A DNA stretch of 64,000 nucleotides from Lewinellaceae bacterium (GTDB lineage Bacteria; Bacteroidota; Bacteroidia; Chitinophagales; Saprospiraceae). Positions within the stretch are counted from its first letter, which is position 1. Each line of letters begins with the position of its first letter. Under the pieces are notes generated by a model. It was not told the DNA's origin. It did no database searches and was given only the letters and a program-made list of their open reading frames with translations. Position numbers and translations under genes: made by a program. This document shows, piece after piece, positions 38,914 through 47,653 of this stretch. The DNA lies in the NCBI GenBank assembly GCA_020636355.1, contig JACJYB010000011.1:21356-85355 (forward strand), given 5' to 3'.

Positions 38914-39831
38914 ATGACTAAACCTACCTTGTTGATCCTGGCGGCAGGAAAAGGTAGCCGTTACGGAGGGCTAAAGCAAATGGATGCTTTTGGACCAAAC
39001 GGAGAAACCATTATCGACTATTCCATTTACGATGCCATCGAAGCTGGTTTTGGAAAAATCGTATTTATCGTCAGGGAATCCTTTGTCGAAGAGTTTAAGG
39101 CTTTATTTGAACCGAAAGTAAATAACCAGGTTGAAACGGTTTACGTCTGCCAGGAATTGGACATCCTCCCGGATGGCTTTGAAGCCCCCAAAGACCGCAC
39201 CAAGCCATGGGGCACCGCGCACGCTGTCTGGGTGGCTAAAGAGGTTATCCACGAACCGTTCGCAGTCATTAATGCTGACGATTATTACGGTCAGGAAGCC
39301 TTCCATACCATGGCAAAATTCCTTACAGAGGATGTCACCGACCACCTGTACAGCTATGTGGCTTATTCATTGGTGAATACACTGAGTGAACACGGCACTG
39401 TAAACCGTGGTGTTTGTCATGTCGACCAGGAAGGATTTTTGACCTCTGTGGAGGAGATAATCAAAATCCGGCGTCAATCCGACGGGATCATCAGTTTTCC
39501 GGACCCGGCAGGAGGTTCCGACCGATTGCTTACTGAAGACACCCTGGTCTCCATGAATTTCTGGGGCTTTCATCCCTCCTACTTTGATCTCAGTGAAGTC
39601 ATTTTAAAACAATTCTTAAGCCAACACGGCGAAGAGGAAAAGTCAGAATTTTATATTCCGACCGCAATATTTACCATGATGCGGACCGATGGAATTAAAG
39701 TACAATCCCTGTACAGTGAAGCCACCTGGTTCGGGGTAACTTATCCTGAAGACAAGCCAATGGTTCAGGCAAGATTAAACGAATTGATTACCAGCGGGGC
39801 ATACCCTGACCAACTTTGGAGGGATGAGTGA
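38914..39831 (+). CDS. Sugar-1-phosphate nucleotidyltransferase (NTP_transferase fold)
   Basis: 305 aa with LILAAGKGSRYGG..KQ (G-x-G-[ST]-R pyrophosphorylase signature) and WGTAHAV. It overlaps the next gene by 8 nt (ATGAGTGA). Confidence 0.75.
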   Translation: MTKPTLLILAAGKGSRYGGLKQMDAFGPNGETIIDYSIYDAIEAGFGKIVFIVRESFVEEFKALFEPKVNNQVETVYVCQELDILPDGFEAPKDRTKPWGTAHAVWVAKEVIHEPFAVINADDYYGQEAFHTMAKFLTEDVTDHLYSYVAYSLVNTLSEHGTVNRGVCHVDQEGFLTSVEEIIKIRRQSDGIISFPDPAGGSDRLLTEDTLVSMNFWGFHPSYFDLSEVILKQFLSQHGEEEKSEFYIPTAIFTMMRTDGIKVQSLYSEATWFGVTYPEDKPMVQARLNELITSGAYPDQLWRDE

Positions 39832-40933
39832 ATCACGTTGGGATAAAGGATGGATCCTGGAGGAAATCGTATCGCAGTTTGACCTGGCACCTGCCCAATC
39901 CATTCAGATTGTTGGCTCCGGCCACATTAACGATTCTTATCAGGTTATAACGGATAAGGGCAATGTATTTCTCCAGCGCATCAACCACCTGGTCTTCCGC
40001 CCCGTCAAAGAGCTGATGAGGAATATGGAACAATTGCTGGAATTGATGCACCGGTCTTCAGATAGCAATTACCCTCAGCTGATACGAACCAGGTCGGGGG
40101 AGAATATGGTTTACAATGAATCCACCGACAGTTATTGGCGAATGACCACTTTCATCCCCGGAGTAAGTATGGCCAATACCACCGATTTGAACATTGCTCG
40201 AGAAGCCGGCAAAGCCATTGCAGTATTCCATCAAAAGACAAAACCGTTGGACCCGGCAAATTTTTACCCGGTGATCCCGGATTTTCATGACATGTTCTGG
40301 CGCTATGAGCAGTTTTACAACGCCTGTGCAGAAGATGTTGCTAACCGGCTCATGGGTGTCCTCCCGCTCGTAGACTGGGTGGAATCGATGGAGGATGAGA
40401 TGACCGCTTTACCCACCGAGGTTTTACAGCATCGGATCCCCATTCAGGTTGTGCACAACGATACCAAACTGGAAAACATCCTCTTTGATGAAAAGCAGGA
40501 AGTGATCTGTTTGATTGATCTCGACACGGTGATGCCCGGCACTATTTTGTATGATATCGGAGATGCACTTCGGACTTTACCGGTCAATTTACCAGAGGAC
40601 GCGGAAAATGTAGAAAACCTGGAAATATCCATGGCCATTACCCGCGCTTTTATTGAAGGGTATTTGACCATCCAGTACGACAAACTCAATGATTATGAAC
40701 TCAAGTGGTTACCTTTTGCCGCTCCGTACATGACATTTATTATGGGTATTCGCTTTTTGACCGACTACCTGGCCGGTGACGTTTACTACAAGACCCAAAA
40801 AGACAAGCATAATCTTTTCCGTGCGCGAAATCAGTTCGCTTTGGTCAAGAAGTGGCTTGAACTTCAGCCTGAATTGAAAACATTCATTCAGGATCACGTG
40901 ACTCAAAACGTCAAATCAACGCAACAAAGTTAG
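39824..40933 (+). CDS. NahK-like N-acetylhexosamine 1-kinase (APH-fold anomeric sugar kinase)
   Basis: 369 aa. The blocks GSGHINDSY, LQRINHLVF, VVHNDTKLENILFD, IDLDTVMPGTILYDIGDALR and RFLTDYLAGDVYYKTQKDKHNLFRARNQFALV parallel my recollection of Bifidobacterium longum NahK (GHINTTY, VTHNDTKLNNIL, IDLDTIMPGS..FDFGDSIR, RFLADYLEGDIYF). Confidence 0.7.
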   Translation: MSESRWDKGWILEEIVSQFDLAPAQSIQIVGSGHINDSYQVITDKGNVFLQRINHLVFRPVKELMRNMEQLLELMHRSSDSNYPQLIRTRSGENMVYNESTDSYWRMTTFIPGVSMANTTDLNIAREAGKAIAVFHQKTKPLDPANFYPVIPDFHDMFWRYEQFYNACAEDVANRLMGVLPLVDWVESMEDEMTALPTEVLQHRIPIQVVHNDTKLENILFDEKQEVICLIDLDTVMPGTILYDIGDALRTLPVNLPEDAENVENLEISMAITRAFIEGYLTIQYDKLNDYELKWLPFAAPYMTFIMGIRFLTDYLAGDVYYKTQKDKHNLFRARNQFALVKKWLELQPELKTFIQDHVTQNVKSTQQS

Positions 40934-43900
40934 ATCGCCGGTAAACTCCTTGTGCTGAAGGATCCCTTCTTCCTCATAGTCGACCACAATTCGGTAAATG
41001 TACGTACCGGGAGGAGCCGTTCTGCCATGAGTCTGACCGTCCCATCCCGGCTCCATGGAATGTATATCCGCTACCATTGACCCCCACCGGTCAAGGACCT
41101 GCATGCGGAAACTCCGAACGACGATGCCGGGATCCGCATAAATCGTAAAATAATCGTTAATCCCATCTCCGTCGGGAGAAAAGAGATTCGGGATGTAAAC
41201 TTCGGAACGACCACATACTTCAGTACGCACCAGGAATGTATCTGTAAGCAGGCAGGCACCAATTACATACCGCACCACAAACTTTCCGGCATCCGAGATT
41301 TCTTTGAACGCCCCGGATGTACCATCGCTCCACATGTAATCTGTAGCCGGAACATCTGCCACGGAAAGCTCCCATACAGCACCGTTACATAATACCGTAT
41401 CCGGAATATGGTAAGGCAATTCATTACCCATAATAAGCACCTGCACCGAATCGCGGTTCTTACAACCATTCAGATCTGCTTCTGCCCAATAAATACCAGA
41501 TGCATCCACTTGACGGAAAACATCCGAACTGCCATCATCCCATAACAAGGTGGTTCCGCTGGTTTGCACTGTTAATTCCAGGGGAATTGAATAGCACAGG
41601 GTTGTATCCCGACCCAGATCTATTTCCGGAAGCGGTTTTACCGTAACAAGGATCGAATCCATGCTTTTGCAGCCTTCCAGTTCGGCAGACAAGACGATCT
41701 GGGTATCTTTCGTTGCAATAAGCGAATGGAATGCGGACAAACTTCCATTCTCCCATTGTAATATTGCCGGCAGCAGAGCGGAGGCATCGAAACTCCAAAT
41801 TTCTCCCGGGCACATTAAAGTGTCTTTCGGCAAGGTGACTATGGGAATGCCTTTTTCTACAACCAAAAAAGTATCTGCGACCATACATCCGTCCATTTCA
41901 ATAGATACCCAGACCATGCCGGGTGTATTTAAGGCATGAACCGGGCCGACGCCGCCGTCACTCCACCGGACCGTCGGAGACAAATTGCCCAGATCAATGA
42001 TCTTAGCTTCACCTGCACAATAGGATATAGTGTCCGGCAGTTCAAGCATTCCGGTAGACAGGGTGACCTGTATCGTATCCGATGTAATACATCCATCCCT
42101 GGTCATGGATAGTGAATACACCCCACTGGTGGTAATGTGGATCGTAGGAGTTGTTTGACCATCGTTCCAGAGATAAACAGCATCCCGAAAATCCGGAGCA
42201 TTAAGCGTGAAATCGTGACCACAAATTAACGTGTCATTGCCCAGATGAATCTCCATGGAATCCGGATACCGGATCCTGAAGCTGTCGCGGTTGAAACACC
42301 CCTTATTTTGAACATCCACCCAATACCACCCGGGAGATTGGAAGGTAGCTTCGGGTCCCACTGAACCGTCGCTCCAGGTAAAACTGGCCGTTACCGCATC
42401 GATTTGGATAACAACACTATCGTTGGAGCATACGGTGAACAACGTATCTACGATTGTTTGGGGTAAAATAATCTGCTCCAAATAAATGCTGTCGCGCTGT
42501 GTGCACCCCCCTGCTGAAACGGTAGCGCGATAAGTTCCGGCTGCCGATACCGATCGTATGGGATCCGTTGAACCATCACCCCAGGCATAGGATGCATCAG
42601 GATCAGAAACGGAAATATCCAATAAATAGGTACTTCCCTCACAGATGGATGCGGTGTCCGCTCCCAAATCAAACTGAAGCCCCTCGGGTGCCTTGATAAC
42701 CAACGTATCGCGGTATTCACAATTTTGTCCGAAGTAGGCATAGAGGGTTACTTGGCCTGGATTGTGCACTTCCAGATATGGCGTGGTGATGGAGTCATTC
42801 CAAAGGTATCGTTGTGCACCGATCAGATCGACGGTATTAATCTGTAAAGTTTGACCGGAACACAAGGTCAAATCAGCTCCCAACAAACCATCCAGGGTCA
42901 CCCCATGATTCCGATCAAATTCCCAGCCCTGGTTATTGCTGGCATCGATGCTGTTCCGGCCCGCAAAAAATGTCGCTCCTCCACGTGTCTCCTGATCACG
43001 GAGGATAAGGTTATCACCACTTACCTGTCCTTGCGCCATGGAAACGATTGATCGCTTCCCTGATTCCGTGGCTCTGAGGATAATGAATGTGCAGGGCGTA
43101 CCGATGATTCGCCAATAATTTTTAATGGTTTGGACTTTTTCACTCTCGAGTACATAAGTTCTTCCAGCATTGAATAGCAAACTGTCAAAGGTATTTTCGG
43201 CCTCAATTCGGCCACTTCCGTAAAATTCAACGCGCTGGTAATTTCCTCCCCGGTCACCCTTTAATGTTGCATTGCCTGCCGGGTTATTGAACAAAACATG
43301 ATACAGCTGGTGCTTTCCAATCAGATTAACCTGTGCGCCTACGTGGGTCAGGATCAATTGGGACTGACCGGCATCCAAATCGACTTCCTCAGCGTTGACA
43401 TGGAATGTACCCAGTGTAGTCAATCCGGCACCATCGAGCCGGATCGATGATTGGCCCAATTCGATTTTCACCTGGTTATACATCCGGAAAGTATTCCCTG
43501 TTATTGCATAATCTGCTGTAACAAGATGGCCAAATTTAGCCTCGAGAGCACGCATGTACAGATCATGTCCCAGAGTCCAGGTTCCGTGACCAAGCAATTC
43601 GACCGTCTGCGTATAAAAAGTATCCAGCGCAATGACCATATCCGGAGCGTCTCCCATCATGCGCAATGTCTCCACGGTCCAATCGGCAAAACCATTCATA
43701 TGTATCGAATGGTGTACCTCCAATTTGGGGAGGTCAAACACGACCCCTGCTACCGGATTGTTCCAGGTAAAATCGAAACACTGTGCCAGCAGTTTGCGGT
43801 CCGTGCGTACAGATTGTCCGGAAACAGAAAAAGAATTACTATCAAAAATGACATTATCCTTAGCCGTTGGAATGCATTCCCCGGGGGATCCGCCGGAGAC

Positions 43901-46156
43901 AACCGACCAATGCAAAGGATCTTCCCATAAACCATCACCACCCACCCAATACAAGGTCCTAGCAGGGTCTTCTTCAAACGACCATCCGGCTGTGTTGCCC
44001 TCATCGACCGACGAAGATGCCTGGATATTTCCACCCTCCACAACCACATCCCGGACCGACACCATTGAAACGGTCTGGTTCGAGGTGATTTTAAAATAAA
44101 CGGTGGAACCCGGTTCGCTGGATTCCAGGATTGTTCGGCCGGAGCAGGAGCCGGATACCTGCAATTGATCCAGGTAAAAGGAAGCGCCACCATTACCAAA
44201 AGAATAATGTTGCCCGGACCCCAATTGAAGAATTCCGAAGTGGTGTGAGCCCAGAAATATCCCCCGTCCCTTAATGGCCACCTGGTCTATACGAATATCC
44301 AGGTTTCCAAACCGGTTCAGGGTGATTTCTTCCGCTTCCGACGTCAGGCTGTGAAGGTGCAGACTGTTGCTGATCCCAACATTAAAAAAGATGGCATTTC
44401 CGCCCCAAAATGTAAGCCCGGCCAGATCCCCGTACAGGGTGAGGCCGCTAAACTGGAGGCTCCAGCTATTAAGCCGTATTGAGCTATTTCCAAGCTTCAA
44501 CCGCCTGATTTCATAGGAAGTGGATTCGATTCCCTGAACGTCCACCGGCCAACCAGCCAGATCAAGTTCTCCCTTAGTGAGGGTAAGGATGCCTTTTGAA
44601 ACCATTTTGCTTTTTAGTTCCCAGGAACCAGTCCCATTAAATTTAACCGGGCCAAAAAATTCAGATCCCGCTGGTTCAATGGCATTATCCTGTGTGGAAG
44701 ACTGGAAAGCAATACTTCCAAAAAATGCATTTTTCATTCCAGGGTCAAACTGTAAGGCACCATACAGATTAATGCTTACCTCCTTAGCGCCATAAAATAC
44801 AGGGTTCCCGATCACCCCATCCCAAAGCATATTGTTGCATTCGACGGTACCTGCCGGGATGATAACACTGTCCTGGTTCGTGGTGAAAGACCGGGCGTCG
44901 AAAATGACATCGTCAGATCCCGAAGGGGTACAGGCGCCCCCATTTCCTCCAGAAGTCAGTGACCAGTGGTAGGAATCATTCCAATCGCCCTTGCCATTGA
45001 CCCAATACAGTATTTTTGAGCCTGACGGATTGGTTATCAACCACCCCTTCGTAATACCCAGACCGCTGCTATTACCAGCTGTGAACGGACCTCCCTCCGC
45101 TTCTATATCCTGGATGCGCACAAACTCCACGGATTGGCTTTGGTCCGAATGGAGTGTAGCCGATACTCCGGGTTTGTCGGAGTTTAATAAAATGGGTGAA
45201 TCACAGGTTCCCACTGCTACCAGCTGACTCAAGGAATACCAGTTGGTTGCCGCAAAAGTATAACTGTGCCCTCCGGTCAACTCAAAGCGGTCCATTTGGA
45301 TCGGCCCCCGAAATGTTGCGTTTCCACCCAGGGTGAGGTTGGTAAAGGAAAGATTCGGGATAGATCCGTTGAATGACTTGTTATTTATGGTGAGTGATCC
45401 GGCCGCGTCGGTCGTGTAAAAGGTAGCCAAGGCTACCTTTGCGTCACCAATTAAGGTCAGTTTGCAATTATTCCCTCCCATCAGGATGGCTGAAGCCTGA
45501 CTATTTAGTTGGACCAAATCGGATTGAATGACCAATTCATTGATGGTACCGGAAAATTGAATGGTGCTGTTTTGCCAATCCAGCGTAGAAATGCTGACCG
45601 GCTCGATTATAATGGAACTGGATTGGATACGGTATCCTCCGCTGTTCCAGTTTCCGGAACTAACCCGAATCCCGTTTAATACGTTTAAATTACTTTGCTG
45701 GATCAGGGTATTTCCCGTACCTAGATTGACCTCCAGTTCTCCATGCAAACTGACACTGCCACTATTGATCCGGGAAGTGGGACCACCTTCCCAAAGGATG
45801 GTTTTTCCCTCTAAGCTCCACTGCATGTCCGCGATCAACAAGTCACCGTATACATTAAGTACCGTACTCGACGTGCCGGACAACGATGGAATACCCACCA
45901 CTCCGGCCCATTCCATGCCGGCGCAAAAAACTTCGCCTACGATGGTGACCGATTGGCCTGGTGCAGTGAAGGAGTTCTCATCGAAGATGACCCGATCGAG
46001 AAAACTGGGTACAGTAACTTGCTGGGTTTTGCCACCGGAGGTGGTTGCCCAATGACTGATGTCAGTCCAGTTCCCGCTACCCCCAATCCAATAGTAGTCT
46101 GCACTCCAGAGGACCGTTGTAGAAACGATCAGCATGGAAGTTAAGAATAGCCTCAT
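40916..46156 (-). CDS. Giant repeat-built cell-surface protein with a T9SS type B (gliding-motility-associated CHU_C) sorting domain
   Basis: 1746 aa with a signal peptide (MRLFLTSMLIVSTTVLWSA). It contains three ~355-aa modules and eight ~70-aa Cys-containing modules. The C-terminal 97 aa start EVYIPNLFSPDGDGINDYF (type B CTD). Confidence 0.85.
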   Translation of the reverse strand: MRLFLTSMLIVSTTVLWSADYYWIGGSGNWTDISHWATTSGGKTQQVTVPSFLDRVIFDENSFTAPGQSVTIVGEVFCAGMEWAGVVGIPSLSGTSSTVLNVYGDLLIADMQWSLEGKTILWEGGPTSRINSGSVSLHGELEVNLGTGNTLIQQSNLNVLNGIRVSSGNWNSGGYRIQSSSIIIEPVSISTLDWQNSTIQFSGTINELVIQSDLVQLNSQASAILMGGNNCKLTLIGDAKVALATFYTTDAAGSLTINNKSFNGSIPNLSFTNLTLGGNATFRGPIQMDRFELTGGHSYTFAATNWYSLSQLVAVGTCDSPILLNSDKPGVSATLHSDQSQSVEFVRIQDIEAEGGPFTAGNSSGLGITKGWLITNPSGSKILYWVNGKGDWNDSYHWSLTSGGNGGACTPSGSDDVIFDARSFTTNQDSVIIPAGTVECNNMLWDGVIGNPVFYGAKEVSINLYGALQFDPGMKNAFFGSIAFQSSTQDNAIEPAGSEFFGPVKFNGTGSWELKSKMVSKGILTLTKGELDLAGWPVDVQGIESTSYEIRRLKLGNSSIRLNSWSLQFSGLTLYGDLAGLTFWGGNAIFFNVGISNSLHLHSLTSEAEEITLNRFGNLDIRIDQVAIKGRGIFLGSHHFGILQLGSGQHYSFGNGGASFYLDQLQVSGSCSGRTILESSEPGSTVYFKITSNQTVSMVSVRDVVVEGGNIQASSSVDEGNTAGWSFEEDPARTLYWVGGDGLWEDPLHWSVVSGGSPGECIPTAKDNVIFDSNSFSVSGQSVRTDRKLLAQCFDFTWNNPVAGVVFDLPKLEVHHSIHMNGFADWTVETLRMMGDAPDMVIALDTFYTQTVELLGHGTWTLGHDLYMRALEAKFGHLVTADYAITGNTFRMYNQVKIELGQSSIRLDGAGLTTLGTFHVNAEEVDLDAGQSQLILTHVGAQVNLIGKHQLYHVLFNNPAGNATLKGDRGGNYQRVEFYGSGRIEAENTFDSLLFNAGRTYVLESEKVQTIKNYWRIIGTPCTFIILRATESGKRSIVSMAQGQVSGDNLILRDQETRGGATFFAGRNSIDASNNQGWEFDRNHGVTLDGLLGADLTLCSGQTLQINTVDLIGAQRYLWNDSITTPYLEVHNPGQVTLYAYFGQNCEYRDTLVIKAPEGLQFDLGADTASICEGSTYLLDISVSDPDASYAWGDGSTDPIRSVSAAGTYRATVSAGGCTQRDSIYLEQIILPQTIVDTLFTVCSNDSVVIQIDAVTASFTWSDGSVGPEATFQSPGWYWVDVQNKGCFNRDSFRIRYPDSMEIHLGNDTLICGHDFTLNAPDFRDAVYLWNDGQTTPTIHITTSGVYSLSMTRDGCITSDTIQVTLSTGMLELPDTISYCAGEAKIIDLGNLSPTVRWSDGGVGPVHALNTPGMVWVSIEMDGCMVADTFLVVEKGIPIVTLPKDTLMCPGEIWSFDASALLPAILQWENGSLSAFHSLIATKDTQIVLSAELEGCKSMDSILVTVKPLPEIDLGRDTTLCYSIPLELTVQTSGTTLLWDDGSSDVFRQVDASGIYWAEADLNGCKNRDSVQVLIMGNELPYHIPDTVLCNGAVWELSVADVPATDYMWSDGTSGAFKEISDAGKFVVRYVIGACLLTDTFLVRTEVCGRSEVYIPNLFSPDGDGINDYFTIYADPGIVVRSFRMQVLDRWGSMVADIHSMEPGWDGQTHGRTAPPGTYIYRIVVDYEEEGILQHKEFTGDLTLLR
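41210..42871 (-). repeat. Eight tandem ~65-75-aa Cys-framed modules inside the giant surface protein (aa 1096-1649)
   Basis: The pattern recurs 8 times: [LIVM]C.G/S...(25-30 aa)...Y/F.W.[DN]G[ST]...(20 aa)...G.Y......GC...D.[IF].[VI]. The W-D/N-G cores are WNDS, WGDGS, WSDGS, WNDGQ, WSDGG, WENGS, WDDGS and WSDGT. Confidence 0.8.
42872..46096 (-). repeat. Three tandem ~355-aa modules inside the giant surface protein (aa ~21-382, 383-734, 735-1095)
   Basis: Each module opens with YW[IV].G.G.W.D..HW....GG........D.VIFD..SF (YYWIGGSGNWTDISHWATTSGG / LYWVNGKGDWNDSYHWSLTSGG / LYWVGGDGLWEDPLHWSVVSGG). Each closes with G[ST]C....IL.S...G.......Q.V..V...D....GG. In between are Gly/Asn/Leu-rich beta-helix-like strands. 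Confidence 0.75.
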
Positions 46157-46390
46157 GAATCCATTTCGTTGACAATAAGGAGGACATCAGACTACCTATG
46201 AAAATTCCATACCAAAAAATATTAGCGCATGAGGATTCAATTTTAATGGCCTGAGCGTCTATAACGCAAACCCTGGATGATCACTCCAATAAGCAGATAA
46301 TTTTCTTCGATTCTGGTGACTTCTACCTGGCAGTTAGTCTATATTGTTCGATGATGAAACCATTCCTTTCATGTGCTGTTTGAACTAGAT

Positions 46391-47476
46391 ATGGAAACTC
46401 CCGGAATCGTGATTGACCCGTTATTGGATGGGGCTAGTACCCTGCATGAATCCATTTCATCCGAATCCCTTGAACTCAGCCAGTATGTCCGCAATGCACA
46501 ACATGCTTTAATCGACCGGCTGGATGCCTACACCGATATAATCAATATTGAGATTGGCGATACATCATTGATCCGGGCGCGGAACTTTGAACGTGAATTT
46601 GACCTCAAGCAGATCTGGTTAAAATTTGAGGGAAATAATCCTTCCGGTACCCAGAAAGACCGGATAGCCTTTGCTCAATGTCTGGATGCCTTACGCCGGG
46701 AATACGATACCATTACCCTGGCGACCTGTGGCAATTACGGCGCTGCAATTAGTCTGGCCGCAAATCTTGCCGGACTGCGATGCCTTGTTTGCATTCCCGA
46801 GACGTACCATACCGAACGGGTACGCGAAATGGAAGCCCAGGGTGCACACATCATCCGCACTCCCGGCAAATACGAAGATGCCGTCTGGTATTCCCGGAAG
46901 CTGGCTGAAACGGAAGGTTATTATGATGCCAATCCCGGAGGAAGTAATTCAGCCATCCAGATCATTGCCTATGCCGAAATAGCCAATGAAATCTACGATG
47001 TACTCCGGGATGCACCCAAGATTGTGGCTGTACCTGTATCCAACGGGACCTTGCTTGCCGGCATCTACCGCGGATTCGCGAGCTTGTACAAACGGGGCAA
47101 GACTTCCCGTATCCCGAGGTTTGTAGCAGCATCCTCCTACAAGAAAAATCCAATCATCTATTCTTTCAAAAAAGGATTGGAAACATGCGTGAATATCGAA
47201 GAAGATAAAATCAAAGAATCCCGGATTAATGAACCGTTGATCAACTGGCACAGCTTTGATGGAAATGAAGCGCTCTGGGCCCTGAATCAAACCCAGGGCG
47301 AAGCTTTCGATATCAGCGATCATAAGATGATGCAGTACAGCCGCCAACTAAAACAAAAAGAAGGTCTGCATGTCTTACCGGCATCCACGGTAGGGCTGGC
47401 GGCACTGCTGGAGATGCACAAGGCAGACCGGCTGGAGGGTGATCGTTATGTGGTTATTCTTACTGGCAGGCACTGA
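46391..47476 (+). CDS. Fold-type II pyridoxal-phosphate-dependent enzyme (threonine synthase/cysteine synthase-like superfamily); specific reaction unknown
   Basis: About 361 aa from ATG 46391. The PLP-lysine block is FEGNNPSGTQKDR. The Gly-rich PLP phosphate loop region reads VPVSNGTLLAG. Confidence 0.65.
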   Translation: METPGIVIDPLLDGASTLHESISSESLELSQYVRNAQHALIDRLDAYTDIINIEIGDTSLIRARNFEREFDLKQIWLKFEGNNPSGTQKDRIAFAQCLDALRREYDTITLATCGNYGAAISLAANLAGLRCLVCIPETYHTERVREMEAQGAHIIRTPGKYEDAVWYSRKLAETEGYYDANPGGSNSAIQIIAYAEIANEIYDVLRDAPKIVAVPVSNGTLLAGIYRGFASLYKRGKTSRIPRFVAASSYKKNPIIYSFKKGLETCVNIEEDKIKESRINEPLINWHSFDGNEALWALNQTQGEAFDISDHKMMQYSRQLKQKEGLHVLPASTVGLAALLEMHKADRLEGDRYVVILTGRH

Positions 47477-47653
47477 TCCGCCTTTGAATCCAGACAGTTT
47501 AGTTCTGAATACTACTCCAAATGTCTAGTGCTAGGGATCTGTTCGTCGAAATACTTCGACCGTAAGCCATGATCCGCGTATCTTTCCGCCCTGCCGGAAC
47601 GTTCTGGTAGTTTACCAATTACTTGATTTATTAGTTCACGAAATACAATCTTA

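Noticed and set aside
43451-46144. Plus-strand ORFs of 155-164 aa (43451..43930, 43632..44099, 45561..46055) and minus-strand off-frame ORFs inside the giant gene.
   Set aside because: They are nested antisense or out of frame in the 1746-aa repeat protein, whose own frame is supported by periodic motifs and a T9SS domain. The repetitive Gly/Ser/Asn codons generate long shadow frames.
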